Source: Chloroflexia bacterium (GTDB lineage: Bacteria; Chloroflexota; Chloroflexia; QHBQ01; JADMIH01). From it: DNA of 64,000 bases. Below, piece by piece: positions 29,010 to 39,488 of this stretch (positions are counted from its first letter, which is position 1; every line of letters starts with the position of its first letter). The stretch spans positions 3,866 to 67,865 of the forward strand of contig DASWMJ010000009.1 in NCBI GenBank assembly GCA_036399775.1, written 5' to 3'. The translations under genes were made by a program, and so were the position numbers. The notes beneath the pieces were generated by a model. That model made no database searches. It was not told where the DNA came from and saw only the letters and a list, made by a program, of their open reading frames with translations.

Positions 29010-30290
29010 ATGGGCGCGAATTTCCAAGACAATGCACCCGACTCTTCGGGCGATGATCCGGCCTCAGAGCAGAGTTTACAAGCGCGGGAGGAAGAACTTC
29101 GCTCACGCTTCAGCTACGCTCGTACGCTGATCCAGTATGGCCGCGTGCCTGAAGCTTTGACTGTCATCACTGAAACTGAAGCAAGTGCCCAAAGGTTTTG
29201 GGAGAAACTGCCTGCGGATGTGCGCTACCTTCCGCACTTCCTTCGAGGGCGCGCGTATCTCCAGCAGGTTGAGCCCGCCCTGGCGCAACCTCACTTGGAA
29301 GCAGCCCTGGAGATTGTCAGGGAGGATCAGGAGGCTGCGGCCCGCGTGCGTAACCTGTTAGGCGTGGTCTACTTAGAGCAGCAGCGACCCGATCTGGCGC
29401 TCAAACAACATCTAGAATGCCTGGATGTTGCTCTTGCCAAGGGCTTCAAGGATCAAGATCGTAGTTTCCGTTTGAGCGTCTACCGCAATCTTGCCAACGA
29501 CTATCTGGCTACCAACAATATTTTGCAAGCCATTGACGTATATAAACAGGCATTGGTAATTATGGAAGATCACCATGACCTTGAACGACAGGCTGGAACG
29601 CATTGGGGTTTAGCTATGGCCTATCAGGCTCGAAATGATTGGACACGAGCTATGGCGCATGGCATTCGTAGCGTAGATATCTATGAGAGTATCGGCAAGA
29701 AAGCTGATGCTGCTTCTGTTGGTTTAAACCTAGCGGAGATGCTGACTGACATTGGTCGTTATGGTGATGCAGAGCGCTTACTGAACCGTGTTAAAGTCCT
29801 GTTAGACGCTATAGATAACCTTGAACTGCTGGGTTACTTCTATATCTATCGGGCGGATCTAGCCCGTAAGCAGAAGGTGATGGACAATGCCAAGGAATAC
29901 TCCACCAAGGCTCTAGAATTAGCAGAGGCTCTTATAGGCGAAATATCCACCTCAGAGGAAATCTATGTAGAGGGTCTGGTGCAGGCTGCTTCAGGCGGTG
30001 GCAGTAAGGTAGGCAATGGAACGTCGGGCAAGCTTTGGATAGCACCCGTCCACGTTTACATTGAGGCTCTAGGTGTGACCGCGATGGTCGAAGAAGATCT
30101 CGGTCACGAAGATGCTGCTGACAGGCTCTTCAAGCATGCCGTTATCTTGATCCAACAGATTGGATTTCGCGATATGTTACGTACTATGAGTTGGAAATAT
30201 GCGAAGGTGCTCAGCTCACGTGGGGCGCACGGAAAAGCCGTGGAATATTATAGTATGGCTGTCGATCCCAACCGATATACACCATCCTAA
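29010..30290 (+). CDS. Tetratricopeptide-repeat protein
   Basis: Multiple TPR-like helical repeats (…ALKQHLECLDVALAKGFKDQDRSFRLSVYRNLANDYL…). Lower-GC region. Confidence 0.65.
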   Translation: MGANFQDNAPDSSGDDPASEQSLQAREEELRSRFSYARTLIQYGRVPEALTVITETEASAQRFWEKLPADVRYLPHFLRGRAYLQQVEPALAQPHLEAALEIVREDQEAAARVRNLLGVVYLEQQRPDLALKQHLECLDVALAKGFKDQDRSFRLSVYRNLANDYLATNNILQAIDVYKQALVIMEDHHDLERQAGTHWGLAMAYQARNDWTRAMAHGIRSVDIYESIGKKADAASVGLNLAEMLTDIGRYGDAERLLNRVKVLLDAIDNLELLGYFYIYRADLARKQKVMDNAKEYSTKALELAEALIGEISTSEEIYVEGLVQAASGGGSKVGNGTSGKLWIAPVHVYIEALGVTAMVEEDLGHEDAADRLFKHAVILIQQIGFRDMLRTMSWKYAKVLSSRGAHGKAVEYYSMAVDPNRYTPS

Positions 30291-30396
30291 TGATGCGACC
30301 ATTAAATAACAGGCGCAGGTGCTCAATACTCCCAGGCCTTTGCAAGGGCGATACAATCAAGGTCGTTTCGCCCTTGCAGTTGGATTTGTGTGACTC

Positions 30397-30621
30397 TTAT
30401 TCTCCGTCTGGGGTCGCAGTGGGCGTAGGAGTAGGCGGGCACAAACCATCTAGGTCCGGCGGTGGACGCACACCATCGCACCCATCAGCATAAGCCACCG
30501 TCGCTCCCCCCTGCGTTCCCAGCGACGGTATGACTGCGCTGCCAAAGATGCCAAGTGCCAGGGCCAGTATCGCCACCCCGGAAGCCACTATGCGTTTGCG
30601 ATTCTTGTTTATATCAGACAT
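30397..30621 (-). CDS. Small secreted/membrane-anchored Cys- and Pro/Thr-rich peptide (74 aa)
   Basis: MSDINKNRKRIVASGVAILALALGIFGSAV... then ...GCDGVRPPPDLDGLCPPTPTPTATPDGE. Confidence 0.4.
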   Translation of the reverse strand: MSDINKNRKRIVASGVAILALALGIFGSAVIPSLGTQGGATVAYADGCDGVRPPPDLDGLCPPTPTPTATPDGE

Positions 30622-30848
30622 TTCTCTTCCTCTCCTTCCAACTAAGTGATATTGCGGTACTTTCCACACTGAGACCTCAAAGGCCACAGGAAAGAACCTC
30701 TTATCTACCTAATAGGGAGAGGGCATAGAAATCGGGACATTTCCGAAACGAATTACTATAGAACTTATGGGTGATTGACAACTTCGCGCGTATAAGTTTA
30801 TGATATACTCAGGTTGTTTGCTCTGTACTTAATAGATTTGGAAACAGA

Positions 30849-31505
30849 ATGGCTGAAACCTTGAAAGATGTACAGGTCTTTGGGTTTGAAGATGCAGAAC
30901 TGGCGCGGTGGCCGGAGGATTACGGCCTGCGACCAAACAATCTGACGTTGGAAGAGATGCTGCATCTGCCTGATGATGAGCCTCTCATAATACACGTCCG
31001 ACTAGGGGTCGAAGCTACCCGGACACTCGAAACTGCGGGCAGTGAGAACGACGTAATCCTCTATGTGCCCCAGGGCCAGGACGTACCGCGAGGCGCATAT
31101 TACGAAGCACGAATCACCGACGCCGGGCTACCTGCTTTGCGCGGTATGCTCGCCCACCCTGAGCAGTTCCGCATGCGAGAGCTTGCCGAGGATGTGCCGC
31201 TAGGCCTACTCGCAAGGGCCATCGAGACAATAGATTTAGGCGAGTTGGGCCTACCTGAGCAGGCTTCCAGGCACCTGTCGGGTTGCCGTATCTGCCAGAG
31301 GGCGCTCCGAGAGGCCCTGCAAGACAAAGTGCTCCTCTACCAGAAGATGTTCTGCCCAAGCCCCGGCATGCTGATTGTCTATTCGCTTGAGGGAAGCGAT
31401 GGGGAAGGGTCATTACGCACCCACATTGACAGTTGTCCTCTTTGTGGCCCCCAGTTAAGTGCCTTGCGCGATGCATTCACCGGCCCCAAGCAGCGAATAG
31501 GATAG
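30849..31505 (+). CDS. Hypothetical protein with C-terminal zf-HC2-like motif (possible anti-sigma-like regulator)
   Basis: C-terminus CRICQ...(about 45 aa)...HIDSCPLCG matches the H-x3-C-x2-C arrangement seen in zf-HC2 anti-sigma domains. Confidence 0.4.
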   Translation: MAETLKDVQVFGFEDAELARWPEDYGLRPNNLTLEEMLHLPDDEPLIIHVRLGVEATRTLETAGSENDVILYVPQGQDVPRGAYYEARITDAGLPALRGMLAHPEQFRMRELAEDVPLGLLARAIETIDLGELGLPEQASRHLSGCRICQRALREALQDKVLLYQKMFCPSPGMLIVYSLEGSDGEGSLRTHIDSCPLCGPQLSALRDAFTGPKQRIG

Positions 31506-31591
31506 ACAGCGCCCACCAGGCATAATATCGTCGCAGTCCACACCGATATCAGGAAAAATTAATAAGTACCTGGCATCGCTGTGGAGGTAAG

Positions 31592-32821
31592 ATGTTAGCT
31601 CTTGACGATATAGCGCATGGGCTATTTGACGTGGCGCGAACGGGCGATAACGCTTACGTGCAGGTTATAGCCTCGCGCGTCGGCACATGGCACCAAGATC
31701 GCCCACTCATCATTCAAAGCCGATCTAACCATATAAAGAGGCGTAAATCCGCGCAGGCTGCTTTACATAAGCATCGAATTCGCCTGCTCATCAACCCTGG
31801 ATGGAGATGCCCATATCTCGTAGCTGAGAACCTGTATAAAAAGGGTTGCCCTCTGCTGGATGAGTTGCAGGCGCGAGTAGACATCTATGGAAATGGCATA
31901 GATTGGGCCTGCGGTTTGCTGGAAATCGGACAGAAGCTCGAAGCGCAATACAACGACTGGCTATGGGACTGGAGCCATATCCTGCTCATGCGTAATGGCC
32001 GGGTGGAGGCAGCGTCACGCCTGCTGGACAAGTACATCGGCCACATCGAGAAGCTGGCCCGGCGCTTTGAGGGTATGTGCCCGGCGCTGGCAGACGACCT
32101 GTTCCAGGAAGCCTGGATCCACTTCCATTACCGTGTGCTGCCCAGCTACGACCCGACGCATGGTGCCACTTTGTGGGAATACGCGTCAGTCGCGCTCCAA
32201 CGCAAGTTACGCGATGTATGTCTGAAATGGTCCCACGCCTCCCGCTGGGATAGAACGCCTTACAAGTTGGTGCAGGATACCTTGCAGGACCTGCGCGGCA
32301 GACTGGAGCGTGAGCCTGCCGATACAGAAGTGGCGCAGGAGTGCAGGCTGGCCCTGGCGGAAGTTCAGGAAATCCTGGATAGGGACCGGCTGCCTCGAAC
32401 CGTGTCGCTCGACCTGGCAGCCGGCGGGAGCAGCATCCGGCCCCCCAAAGAATCGGACGTGCCGAGCGCGCTGATAGAGTTCATGGGCCGCCAGTCGCAG
32501 CTTGATGAGATCGTCAGGTTCCTCAACGAGGACAACGGCGGGTCTGATGGGGTGAAATGGTTGAGTATCTACGCCCTGAAACTTTATGAAAAGCATACCT
32601 GGGCTGATATTCTCCTGGTGCTGGATGACGCTCAACCCATCGAGTGGGCAACCGTACACGCACGCTACAGACTGCCTTCGTCGGTGCCTACCCACTGGCC
32701 TACAATCCGCGCTTTGTTCGATAAGCGGCCTCCGACGCTGAACGTGGAAAGCATGAAAAAGTGGTTCAGGCGGCGCACGGACAGGCTGCTCAGCGAGTTC
32801 AAACCTGCGCCCCGATCCTGA
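31592..32821 (+). CDS. Sigma-70-family-like protein with long N-terminal extension
   Basis: Region ADDLFQEAWIHFHYRVLPSYDPTHGATLWEYASVALQRKLRD resembles sigma-70 region 2 (DLxQEtfl...W.......). The remainder is not recognised. Confidence 0.45.
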   Translation: MLALDDIAHGLFDVARTGDNAYVQVIASRVGTWHQDRPLIIQSRSNHIKRRKSAQAALHKHRIRLLINPGWRCPYLVAENLYKKGCPLLDELQARVDIYGNGIDWACGLLEIGQKLEAQYNDWLWDWSHILLMRNGRVEAASRLLDKYIGHIEKLARRFEGMCPALADDLFQEAWIHFHYRVLPSYDPTHGATLWEYASVALQRKLRDVCLKWSHASRWDRTPYKLVQDTLQDLRGRLEREPADTEVAQECRLALAEVQEILDRDRLPRTVSLDLAAGGSSIRPPKESDVPSALIEFMGRQSQLDEIVRFLNEDNGGSDGVKWLSIYALKLYEKHTWADILLVLDDAQPIEWATVHARYRLPSSVPTHWPTIRALFDKRPPTLNVESMKKWFRRRTDRLLSEFKPAPRS

Positions 32822-32859
32822 CAGGTCTTGATCGTTCTCGGAGGCTTAATGCAACCACA

Positions 32860-32985
32860 CCGCCCGGCGACTAAAGTCGCGGGCAACAACAACAAAGTCG
32901 CCCTTCGGCGACTACTTTCATGGCATAGTCCGCGTAGGCGGACTTCGTAACCGTAGCCCGCGAATTCATTCGCCGGGCGGTGTCC
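32860..32985. repeat. REP-like structured palindrome, solo copy (family also flanking the IS200-like tnpA)
   Basis: ccgcccggcgactaaagtcgcgggcaac...gtcgcccttcggcgac...agtccgcgtaggcggact...cgccgggcgg. Nested hairpins. About 85-90% identical to 44149-44275 and 44738-44870. Confidence 0.7.
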
Positions 32986-33020
32986 AGGGATAATGATCAG
33001 ACTCTTGCAGCCCTGATAGT

Positions 33021-34028
33021 TCAGGTATTCACTTCAACCCTGCGGCCCGTGCGTGCTGATTCTAGCAACGCGCCCATCGTCTGCATATTAGCCAGGCTCT
33101 CTCCGAGGGTGTAACTCAATTCGGTATTTGACAGCACGGCATCGGCAAAGTGTTCGACCATCAGGTGGTATTCGTGGGCACCCTCGATGGTTATAGATTC
33201 TATTGGGCTTGTGGCCTCGCATCTGTCGATTACTATAGCCGTATCTTCCTCGCGTATGCGAAACGGCTCCGCTACCTTGATCAACCCGTCGGTGCCGGAG
33301 ATTTCGACCCACTGCTGCATGGTACGACCTACGTTGAAGCTGCAATCAATGAGCGCAAGCACGCCGTTCGGAAACTCCAACGTGCCCACCAGCGACATAT
33401 CGACGCCTGTATCGGCCCATACCGCGCTGGCCGTTACCCGGTGCGGTGGCATGCCCGCCAGCAAGGTCGCGATATTCACGCAGTAGCAGCCGACATCCAT
33501 GAGCGCGCCCCCTCCCAGGTCTTTGCTCCACCGCACGTCGTGGGGACGCCTCAGGTAGAAGTCGAAGGTTGCCCTGATTATTCGTGTTTCGCCTATCGCC
33601 TGGTCCGCCACCAACTGCCTGACGCGCTCCGTCTGGGGGTGGAAGCGGAACATGAACGCCTCCATAATCTTGACCCCGTTCTCTTGAGCGGCGGCTATCA
33701 TCCTCTCCACGTCTTGCGGGTTGGTAGCGGCGGGCTTCTCGCAGAGGACGTGTTTATGGTGTTCGGCAGCGCGTATGCTCCACTCGGCATGCAGGGCGTT
33801 GGGGAGCGGCACGTACACCGCGTCAATCAGGTCAGATGCTAGCATTTCGTCGTAGCTACCGAAGTAGTGGGGGACGTCGCGCTCCTGCGCCCAGGCGCGG
33901 GCCTTCTCTATATCCCGGCTCGCTATCGCCACCAATTCCCCGTTCTTCGACTTTCTGATCCCGGCTACATTCGCGTCTGCGATACGTGCAGTACCGAGCA
34001 CGCCCCACCGCAATTTTGTCTTTTGCAT
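33021..34028 (-). CDS. Gfo/Idh/MocA-family NAD(P)-dependent oxidoreductase
   Basis: N-terminal Rossmann LRWGVLGTARIADANV...; EKP motif in HVLCEKPAA. Confidence 0.85.
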   Translation of the reverse strand: MQKTKLRWGVLGTARIADANVAGIRKSKNGELVAIASRDIEKARAWAQERDVPHYFGSYDEMLASDLIDAVYVPLPNALHAEWSIRAAEHHKHVLCEKPAATNPQDVERMIAAAQENGVKIMEAFMFRFHPQTERVRQLVADQAIGETRIIRATFDFYLRRPHDVRWSKDLGGGALMDVGCYCVNIATLLAGMPPHRVTASAVWADTGVDMSLVGTLEFPNGVLALIDCSFNVGRTMQQWVEISGTDGLIKVAEPFRIREEDTAIVIDRCEATSPIESITIEGAHEYHLMVEHFADAVLSNTELSYTLGESLANMQTMGALLESARTGRRVEVNT

Positions 34029-34043
34029 ACTTGCTCCCTCTGA

Positions 34044-35690
34044 TTACTTGGCAATGTCACGCTTCTTCAGCCCCACGAGGCTGCCGGCGGCCAATAGCAG
34101 CGTTGCCGCCACCAACGCCAACGTCCCGCCCCACTGGATGCCCTGTATCATCGGCTTGCCGTAGAGGTGGAAGATGGAGAGGTTGAGCACGGCGTCGGGC
34201 AGACCCAGGAGCGGGGCGAATAGCTCCAGGAAGAACATAGCGACAACGATGCCTATCGTTACCGGCATGGCGACTCCCGGCCTCTTCAGCCACGCTGCCA
34301 CGCACAGCCCGAACGCCGCCACAACCATGCCAAGCGGCAGGCTCGCGCCCAGGGCACCCCACATACGGCTTGTGTCGAGCGTTACTCCACTGGCCGCCGC
34401 GCCAAGCAGGAGGGCCGCGCCTAGCGCCCCCAGGATGACCAGCAGCGACAGCAAGATGGCAGCATAGCGCGCCGCGATTAGCTGCCACCTCGGCAGGGGC
34501 ATGGCCGCGAGCACTTCCAGACGCCCCTCTTCCTCGTCGCTTGCCCAGCCCTCGACCTGGGTTATCGCGAAGGCCGACAGGAGCGCGGGCAGGTAGGTGA
34601 AGAGGCTGTACGATACATATGCCTCAGGGGTTGACATGTTGCCAATGATAGCCCCGATCAAGCCCATATCTCCGTTGCTTAGCATCTGGCGTAACGGCCC
34701 CAGGACCTCGTTTACTGTTGAGACGAGCATCAGGGCGTATAGCCCCAGGCCGAGAGACCAGAAGAAGGTCGGCCACAGGAGGTCTCGTATGCTCTTGCCG
34801 AAGACCGACCCCAGCAGCGTGCTCGCCCCCTCTTTGGCGCGCGTCCCTGCCCTTGATGGGAAGATACGGAAGGTCGAGCCAATATCGCGCCGCACGAAGA
34901 GCAGCCCCGCCATCAGCAACGCTCCTGCGGTGAACGCCATGAGCGCCAGCCACGCTCCCCATTCCATGACCCGCCCCGGCACGAGCGGCTTGCTGACCGA
35001 ATAGTAATGGAACGGCATGAGCCACCCCAGCCATTTGAGGTTGGGCAAGCCTTCGAGCAGGTTGTTCAGCAGGAACGTGCCGAAGATGATCCCGCCCGTG
35101 ATGGACGATGCCGTGCGCCTGACGAGCACCAACTGTCCGACAAGTAGGCCCACCGCCGCCCAGAACGCCATTATGGCGGCTATGTTGAGCATCGCCAGGG
35201 CTAGCTCGATGGCGGGTAGAGGCTCGCCCGAAGCGAGGATGCCTACGAACAGGCCCAGGCTCAAGAAGGCTATGGCTGCCACTATCACTACCAGGAGAGC
35301 CGCTACTTTCTCCCGCAGCACGGAGAGGCGGCTGTGCGGCGTTGACAGGAGCATATCGAGCGCGCCCTGCTGCTCCTCGCCTCTTATCAACCCGATAGCA
35401 ACCACCGCTATCCATAAGGCAAGCATCACAGGCACGAAGCCAAGTATGCGAGTAGTCAGGAAGCCCCCGATAGTATCGAGCGCGGTGATTTCGCCCAACA
35501 TGAAGCTGAAAGCCTGGAACGCCTTGGCCATCTCCGCAGCCATGCGAGCGCGCATCTCGCCAGCCCCGCCTATCACCTGTGGGTACTGCGCCGCCCCTAC
35601 CAGCATAATGAACCCAAACCCCGCCCCCCAACCAAGCACCCCCGCCCGGTTGTCGCGCAAGCTCTTCAAGAATATGCTTCTGAGCATCAT
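34044..35690 (-). CDS. ABC-2-type exporter permease (large, ~12 TM)
   Basis: 548-aa highly hydrophobic protein immediately downstream of, and co-directional with, the ABC ATPase gene. Confidence 0.75.
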   Translation of the reverse strand: MMLRSIFLKSLRDNRAGVLGWGAGFGFIMLVGAAQYPQVIGGAGEMRARMAAEMAKAFQAFSFMLGEITALDTIGGFLTTRILGFVPVMLALWIAVVAIGLIRGEEQQGALDMLLSTPHSRLSVLREKVAALLVVIVAAIAFLSLGLFVGILASGEPLPAIELALAMLNIAAIMAFWAAVGLLVGQLVLVRRTASSITGGIIFGTFLLNNLLEGLPNLKWLGWLMPFHYYSVSKPLVPGRVMEWGAWLALMAFTAGALLMAGLLFVRRDIGSTFRIFPSRAGTRAKEGASTLLGSVFGKSIRDLLWPTFFWSLGLGLYALMLVSTVNEVLGPLRQMLSNGDMGLIGAIIGNMSTPEAYVSYSLFTYLPALLSAFAITQVEGWASDEEEGRLEVLAAMPLPRWQLIAARYAAILLSLLVILGALGAALLLGAAASGVTLDTSRMWGALGASLPLGMVVAAFGLCVAAWLKRPGVAMPVTIGIVVAMFFLELFAPLLGLPDAVLNLSIFHLYGKPMIQGIQWGGTLALVAATLLLAAGSLVGLKKRDIAK

Positions 35691-35700
35691 AATCTTACCC

Positions 35701-35812
35701 TACTGCGTAGTGCGTAGTGCGTAATTGTTGAACCGCAAAATCGCAAAGGAACGCAGAGTTCGCAAAGGTTATTATAGGTTCTACGCAATACGCAATACGT
35801 TTACGTTTCACG
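35701..35812. repeat. Inverted pair of heptamer arrays (GCGTAGT / CGCAATA type) between the two ABC genes
   Basis: ctgcgtagtgcgtagtgcgtaa ... ctacgcaatacgcaatacgtttacgtttcacg. Confidence 0.65.
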
Positions 35813-36705
35813 ATAGTACGTCAGGAACGCTTCTTCCAGGGTCGGTTCGTGGCTGGTCATGGAAACGATGGGGTACGACACTGCCTGCTTTAGCACCTGG
35901 TCCATCTCTCCGTGGACTACGAACTGTAGCGAGTGGTCGGTGGCGGTTACGCCGCTTACGTTGGGGAGGGATGAGAACGCTTGCTGCATGTCGTCGGTGG
36001 CAGGCACGCCCAGCGTCAGGGTCATGTGGTAGAGGCGCTCGGCTACCACCTCGCGCACCGAGCCTACGCGCACCAGGCGGCCTTCGCGTATGATGCCCAC
36101 GCGGTCGCAGCTATGCTCGACCTCGCTCAGTACGTGCGACGACAGGAAGACGCTCGCCCCGCGCTCTCGCGCTTCGACCACCATGCGGAAGAACTCCTGC
36201 TGGTTCAGGGGGTCTAGGCCGCTGGTCGGCTCGTCCAGTATGAGCAGGCGCGGCTGGTGCATCAACGCCTGTACCAGCCCCACCTTCTGCTTGTTTCCTT
36301 TGGAGTATTCGCGGAACTTCTTACTCAGGTCCAACTGAAGCCGCTCGGCGTAACCTTCTATCACGCTCGGCTCGACCCCGCCGCGCAGGTTGCCCAGGTA
36401 AGTGAGCGTCTGCCGTCCCGTCAGGTTATTCCACAGGGATAGCTCGCCCGGCAGGTAGCCCACCATGCGCTTTATCGCTACCGGGTCGGCCTGGCAGTCT
36501 TTACCGAAGATAGCAGCCTTACCCTGGGTGGGGCGTATCAGGTCCATCAGCACGCGTATAGTGGTCGTCTTGCCCGCGCCGTTGGGCCCCAGGAAGCCGA
36601 ATATCTCCCCGTCCTCCACCCGCAAATCGAGGTCAATAACACCCCGCGCCTGGCCGTAGCTCTTGGTCAGGCTCTCTATTTCAATGGCAGGCACATTCGC
36701 GGCCA
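35801..36705 (-). CDS. ABC transporter ATP-binding protein
   Basis: Walker A GPNGAGKTT, signature YSKGNKQK, Walker B LILDEPTSGLD. Start set at MAANVP preceded by AGGAGGG. Confidence 0.88.
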
Positions 36706-36978
36706 TGTACAGCCCTCCTGCTGCTGTACCGGGTCTCCCAATTACTTCGGGTCGCCCGGCAATATCACTCACAAAAAGGATAGCACTGCGCGGGAAATGT
36801 GTCAACGGCTTTGACACCGCCCGGCCCGTGTGCTATTATCCTCTCATAATCGGTTATCTTGTCCATCTTTCCAGGGAAAACTAACGGCATACTTATTGCG
36901 GCGCGGTGTACCAATCGGTACACTTTTTTGTCCGTTATCATCATTTTGTTCTGCAATCATTCGTAACTTAGAGCTTAT

Positions 36979-38133
36979 ATGTCGTTCAACATAACGATCC
37001 GCGTAATCGGGATGTTGCTGTTCGCGGCGGCGGGCCTTCTCCTGGGGCTGGACCTCTCTCCCAGGCTCTACGGCGATAGCCCTAACGGCTTCAACGAGGT
37101 CGTTCTGCCCCTCACCATCGGTGGCGCGCTCGTCGGCTTCTTCCTGCTGCCATACCTGACCATCTACCCGTTGCGGTGGGTGCGCAACAGGCTCAGGATG
37201 ATGCCCGCGCTGGACCTTATCTCGGCTGCGGTGGGCCTCTTCGTGGGCTTGCTGCTGGGTGCGCTGCTGGCGTGGCCCCTCAGCACGCTGCCGGGGTGGT
37301 TGGGCCAGGCAGCGCCTACCGTCTCAACGCTCCTTTTCGGATACCTCGGCATATACGCGAGTGTGCTACGCAAGCGTGACGTGCTTGATGCGTTGCGCCT
37401 CGAACGTAAGAAGGAATCCACTAACGGCTCCGGGAATGGGAACAGACACCCGCGCGTTGAGAGCTTGCGCCTGGCGACGGGCCAGCTACACCCTGATACG
37501 GTTACGGCTCCGGACGATAGGATACAGACCGAAAAGTACCTGCTGGTAGATACGAGCGCCATCATTGACGGGCGCATAGCCGACATCAGCAAAACAGGCT
37601 TCCTGGACGGCGTGCTTCTAGTGCCGCGCTTCATACTCAACGAATTGCAGCACATCGCGGACTCGGCGGACGGCCTGCGCCGGGCCAGGGGCCGCCGGGG
37701 ATTGGATATGCTCAACCGTTTGCAAAAGGAGTCGGTGGTGCCTATCCAAATAAGTGAAGTGGACGCGGAGGATATACCGGAGGTAGACGGCAAGCTGGTG
37801 AAGATCGCCCGCGTCTACCACTGTCCCATAATCACCAACGACTTCAACCTGAACCGCGTAGCCGAGATACAGGGTGTGAAGGTGCTCAACATCAACGAAT
37901 TGGCGAACGCGGTAAAGCCTGTGGTGCTGCCGGGCGAGGAGATGAACGTCCACGTAATCCAGGAAGGCAAGGAATTGGGTCAGGGCGTAGCCTACCTGGA
38001 CGACGGCACGATGGTGGTAGTGGAGAACGGCAAGAAGTACATGCACAACGACGTAGACGTAGTCGTGACGCGCGTCCTGCAAACGGTAGCCGGGCGCATG
38101 ATATTCGCGCAAATGAAGAACGGGCGAGTTTAG
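36979..38133 (+). CDS. PIN/TRAM-domain membrane protein (YacL-like)
   Basis: N-terminal TM helices; PIN core KYLLVDTSAIIDGRI; C-terminal TRAM-like beta-barrel (...VVVENGKKYMHNDVDVVVTRVLQTVAGRMIFAQ). Synteny yacL-ispD-ispF as in Firmicutes. Confidence 0.8.
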   Translation: MSFNITIRVIGMLLFAAAGLLLGLDLSPRLYGDSPNGFNEVVLPLTIGGALVGFFLLPYLTIYPLRWVRNRLRMMPALDLISAAVGLFVGLLLGALLAWPLSTLPGWLGQAAPTVSTLLFGYLGIYASVLRKRDVLDALRLERKKESTNGSGNGNRHPRVESLRLATGQLHPDTVTAPDDRIQTEKYLLVDTSAIIDGRIADISKTGFLDGVLLVPRFILNELQHIADSADGLRRARGRRGLDMLNRLQKESVVPIQISEVDAEDIPEVDGKLVKIARVYHCPIITNDFNLNRVAEIQGVKVLNINELANAVKPVVLPGEEMNVHVIQEGKELGQGVAYLDDGTMVVVENGKKYMHNDVDVVVTRVLQTVAGRMIFAQMKNGRV

Positions 38134-38213
38134 GGATCAGGGGCCAGGGGCTAGGGGTCAGGGATTTGTACCTGGCGGATCCTGATCCCTGATCCCTAAC
38201 CCCTGGCCCCTGG
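38133..38213. repeat. Inverted pair of heptamer arrays (GGGGTCA/GGGGCCA type)
   Basis: gggatcaggggccaggggctaggggtcaggg ... cctgatccctgatccctaacccctggcccctgg. Confidence 0.7.
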
Positions 38214-38222
38214 AGGAACGAA

Positions 38223-38951
38223 ATGAGTGTTATGGTAGCGATAATCGTAGCGGCGGGGCGGAGCCAGAGGATGGGCGGGGCTGATAAGCAGTTGCGGACC
38301 ATCGCGGGGGTGCCCGTGCTGGCTCGCACGGTCGAGGCTTTCAGCGCGTGCCCCGACGTGGGCGCTATCGTGCTCGTGCTCAACCCCGACAATATGGTGG
38401 GCGCTGCCGAGATGAAGATGGAGTACGGCTGGGACAAGGTGCAGGCGATGGTGCCGGGTGGGGAGCGTCGCCAGGACTCGGTGGCTGCCGGGCTGGCGGC
38501 TGTGAAGTCAATGGGCCGGGGAGGCTCAGGCTATGAGTGGGTGGCGGTCCATGATGGGGCGCGTCCCCTCGTCACGCCTGACGTGATAAGTCGCGGGCTG
38601 GAAGCGGCGCGTGAGGTTGGCGCGGCTATCGCAGCCGTGCCCGCTACCGATACGGTAAAGGTGGTGGACGCCTCTCGTATTATTACCGCCACACCTGAGC
38701 GAAGCAACCTGTGGCTGGCGCAGACCCCGCAGGTCTTCCGAACGTCGCTGCTCGCGGGCGCTTACGAAGCCCTGGCGAGCGACGATGCGCTGCTGGATGT
38801 GACAGATTGCGCGCGCCTGCTTGAACTGACGGGCCACGCCGTGAAGATATTCGAAGGCGAGCGCACGAATATCAAAATAACTACCCCACTCGACCTCTGG
38901 ATAGCTGAGGCTATCGTGAGGGGCCAGGGGCCAGGGGCGAGGGGCCAGTAG
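38223..38951 (+). CDS. ispD: 2-C-methyl-D-erythritol 4-phosphate cytidylyltransferase
   Basis: VAIIVAAGRSQRMGGADKQ...GVPVL is the IspD N-terminal signature. The last ~11 codons (VRGQGPGARGQ) are encoded by a GGGGCCA heptamer array. Confidence 0.88.
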   Translation: MSVMVAIIVAAGRSQRMGGADKQLRTIAGVPVLARTVEAFSACPDVGAIVLVLNPDNMVGAAEMKMEYGWDKVQAMVPGGERRQDSVAAGLAAVKSMGRGGSGYEWVAVHDGARPLVTPDVISRGLEAAREVGAAIAAVPATDTVKVVDASRIITATPERSNLWLAQTPQVFRTSLLAGAYEALASDDALLDVTDCARLLELTGHAVKIFEGERTNIKITTPLDLWIAEAIVRGQGPGARGQ

Positions 38952-39488
38952 TTGGGAGAAGATCGGCAGTATCATGGCTACCGTGCCGGTTTTGGTTACG
39001 ACGCGCACAGGCTGGTAGAGGGTCGCCCTCTTATCCTGGGGGGTATCGAGGTGCCCTTCGAGAAGGGATTAGACGGGCACTCGGACGCCGACGTGCTGCT
39101 GCACGCTCTTATAGACGCCATCCTGGGCGCGGCGGGCATGGGCGATATAGGCACCCACTTCCCCTCGTCCGACCCGGCGTTAGAGGGCATATCCAGCGTT
39201 GACATGCTCGCAAGGGTTATGGAGAAAGTGAGTGAGGAAGGCTGGCGGGTGGAGAACGTAGACGGCACGATTGTCGCTCAACGTCCGCGCCTCTCTTCCC
39301 ACACGCCTCGCATGAAGGCAAAGATAGCCGCGATAGTGGGTATCGAAGAAAGCCATGTCAACATCAAGAGCAAGACCACCGACGGGATGGGCTTCACAGG
39401 CACGGGAGAAGGCATGGAGGCCTATTGTACCGTGATGATGGTTAGATATAAGTATGACCTAGAGCCTGTGACGAACTACAGGGAATAA
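38952..39488 (+). CDS. ispF: 2-C-methyl-D-erythritol 2,4-cyclodiphosphate synthase
   Basis: RAGFGYDAHRL...GHSDADVLLHALIDAILGA are the metal-binding motifs of IspF. Non-ATG start immediately after the ispD stop. Confidence 0.88.
   Translation: MGEDRQYHGYRAGFGYDAHRLVEGRPLILGGIEVPFEKGLDGHSDADVLLHALIDAILGAAGMGDIGTHFPSSDPALEGISSVDMLARVMEKVSEEGWRVENVDGTIVAQRPRLSSHTPRMKAKIAAIVGIEESHVNIKSKTTDGMGFTGTGEGMEAYCTVMMVRYKYDLEPVTNYRE

Noticed and set aside
32860-32985. REP-like element's cloverleaf-looking nested hairpins as a possible tRNA or ncRNA gene
   Set aside because: No tRNA features (no T-loop GTTCRANYC, no acceptor/anticodon geometry). It is present in three near-identical palindromic copies flanking a transposase and is better explained as REP.
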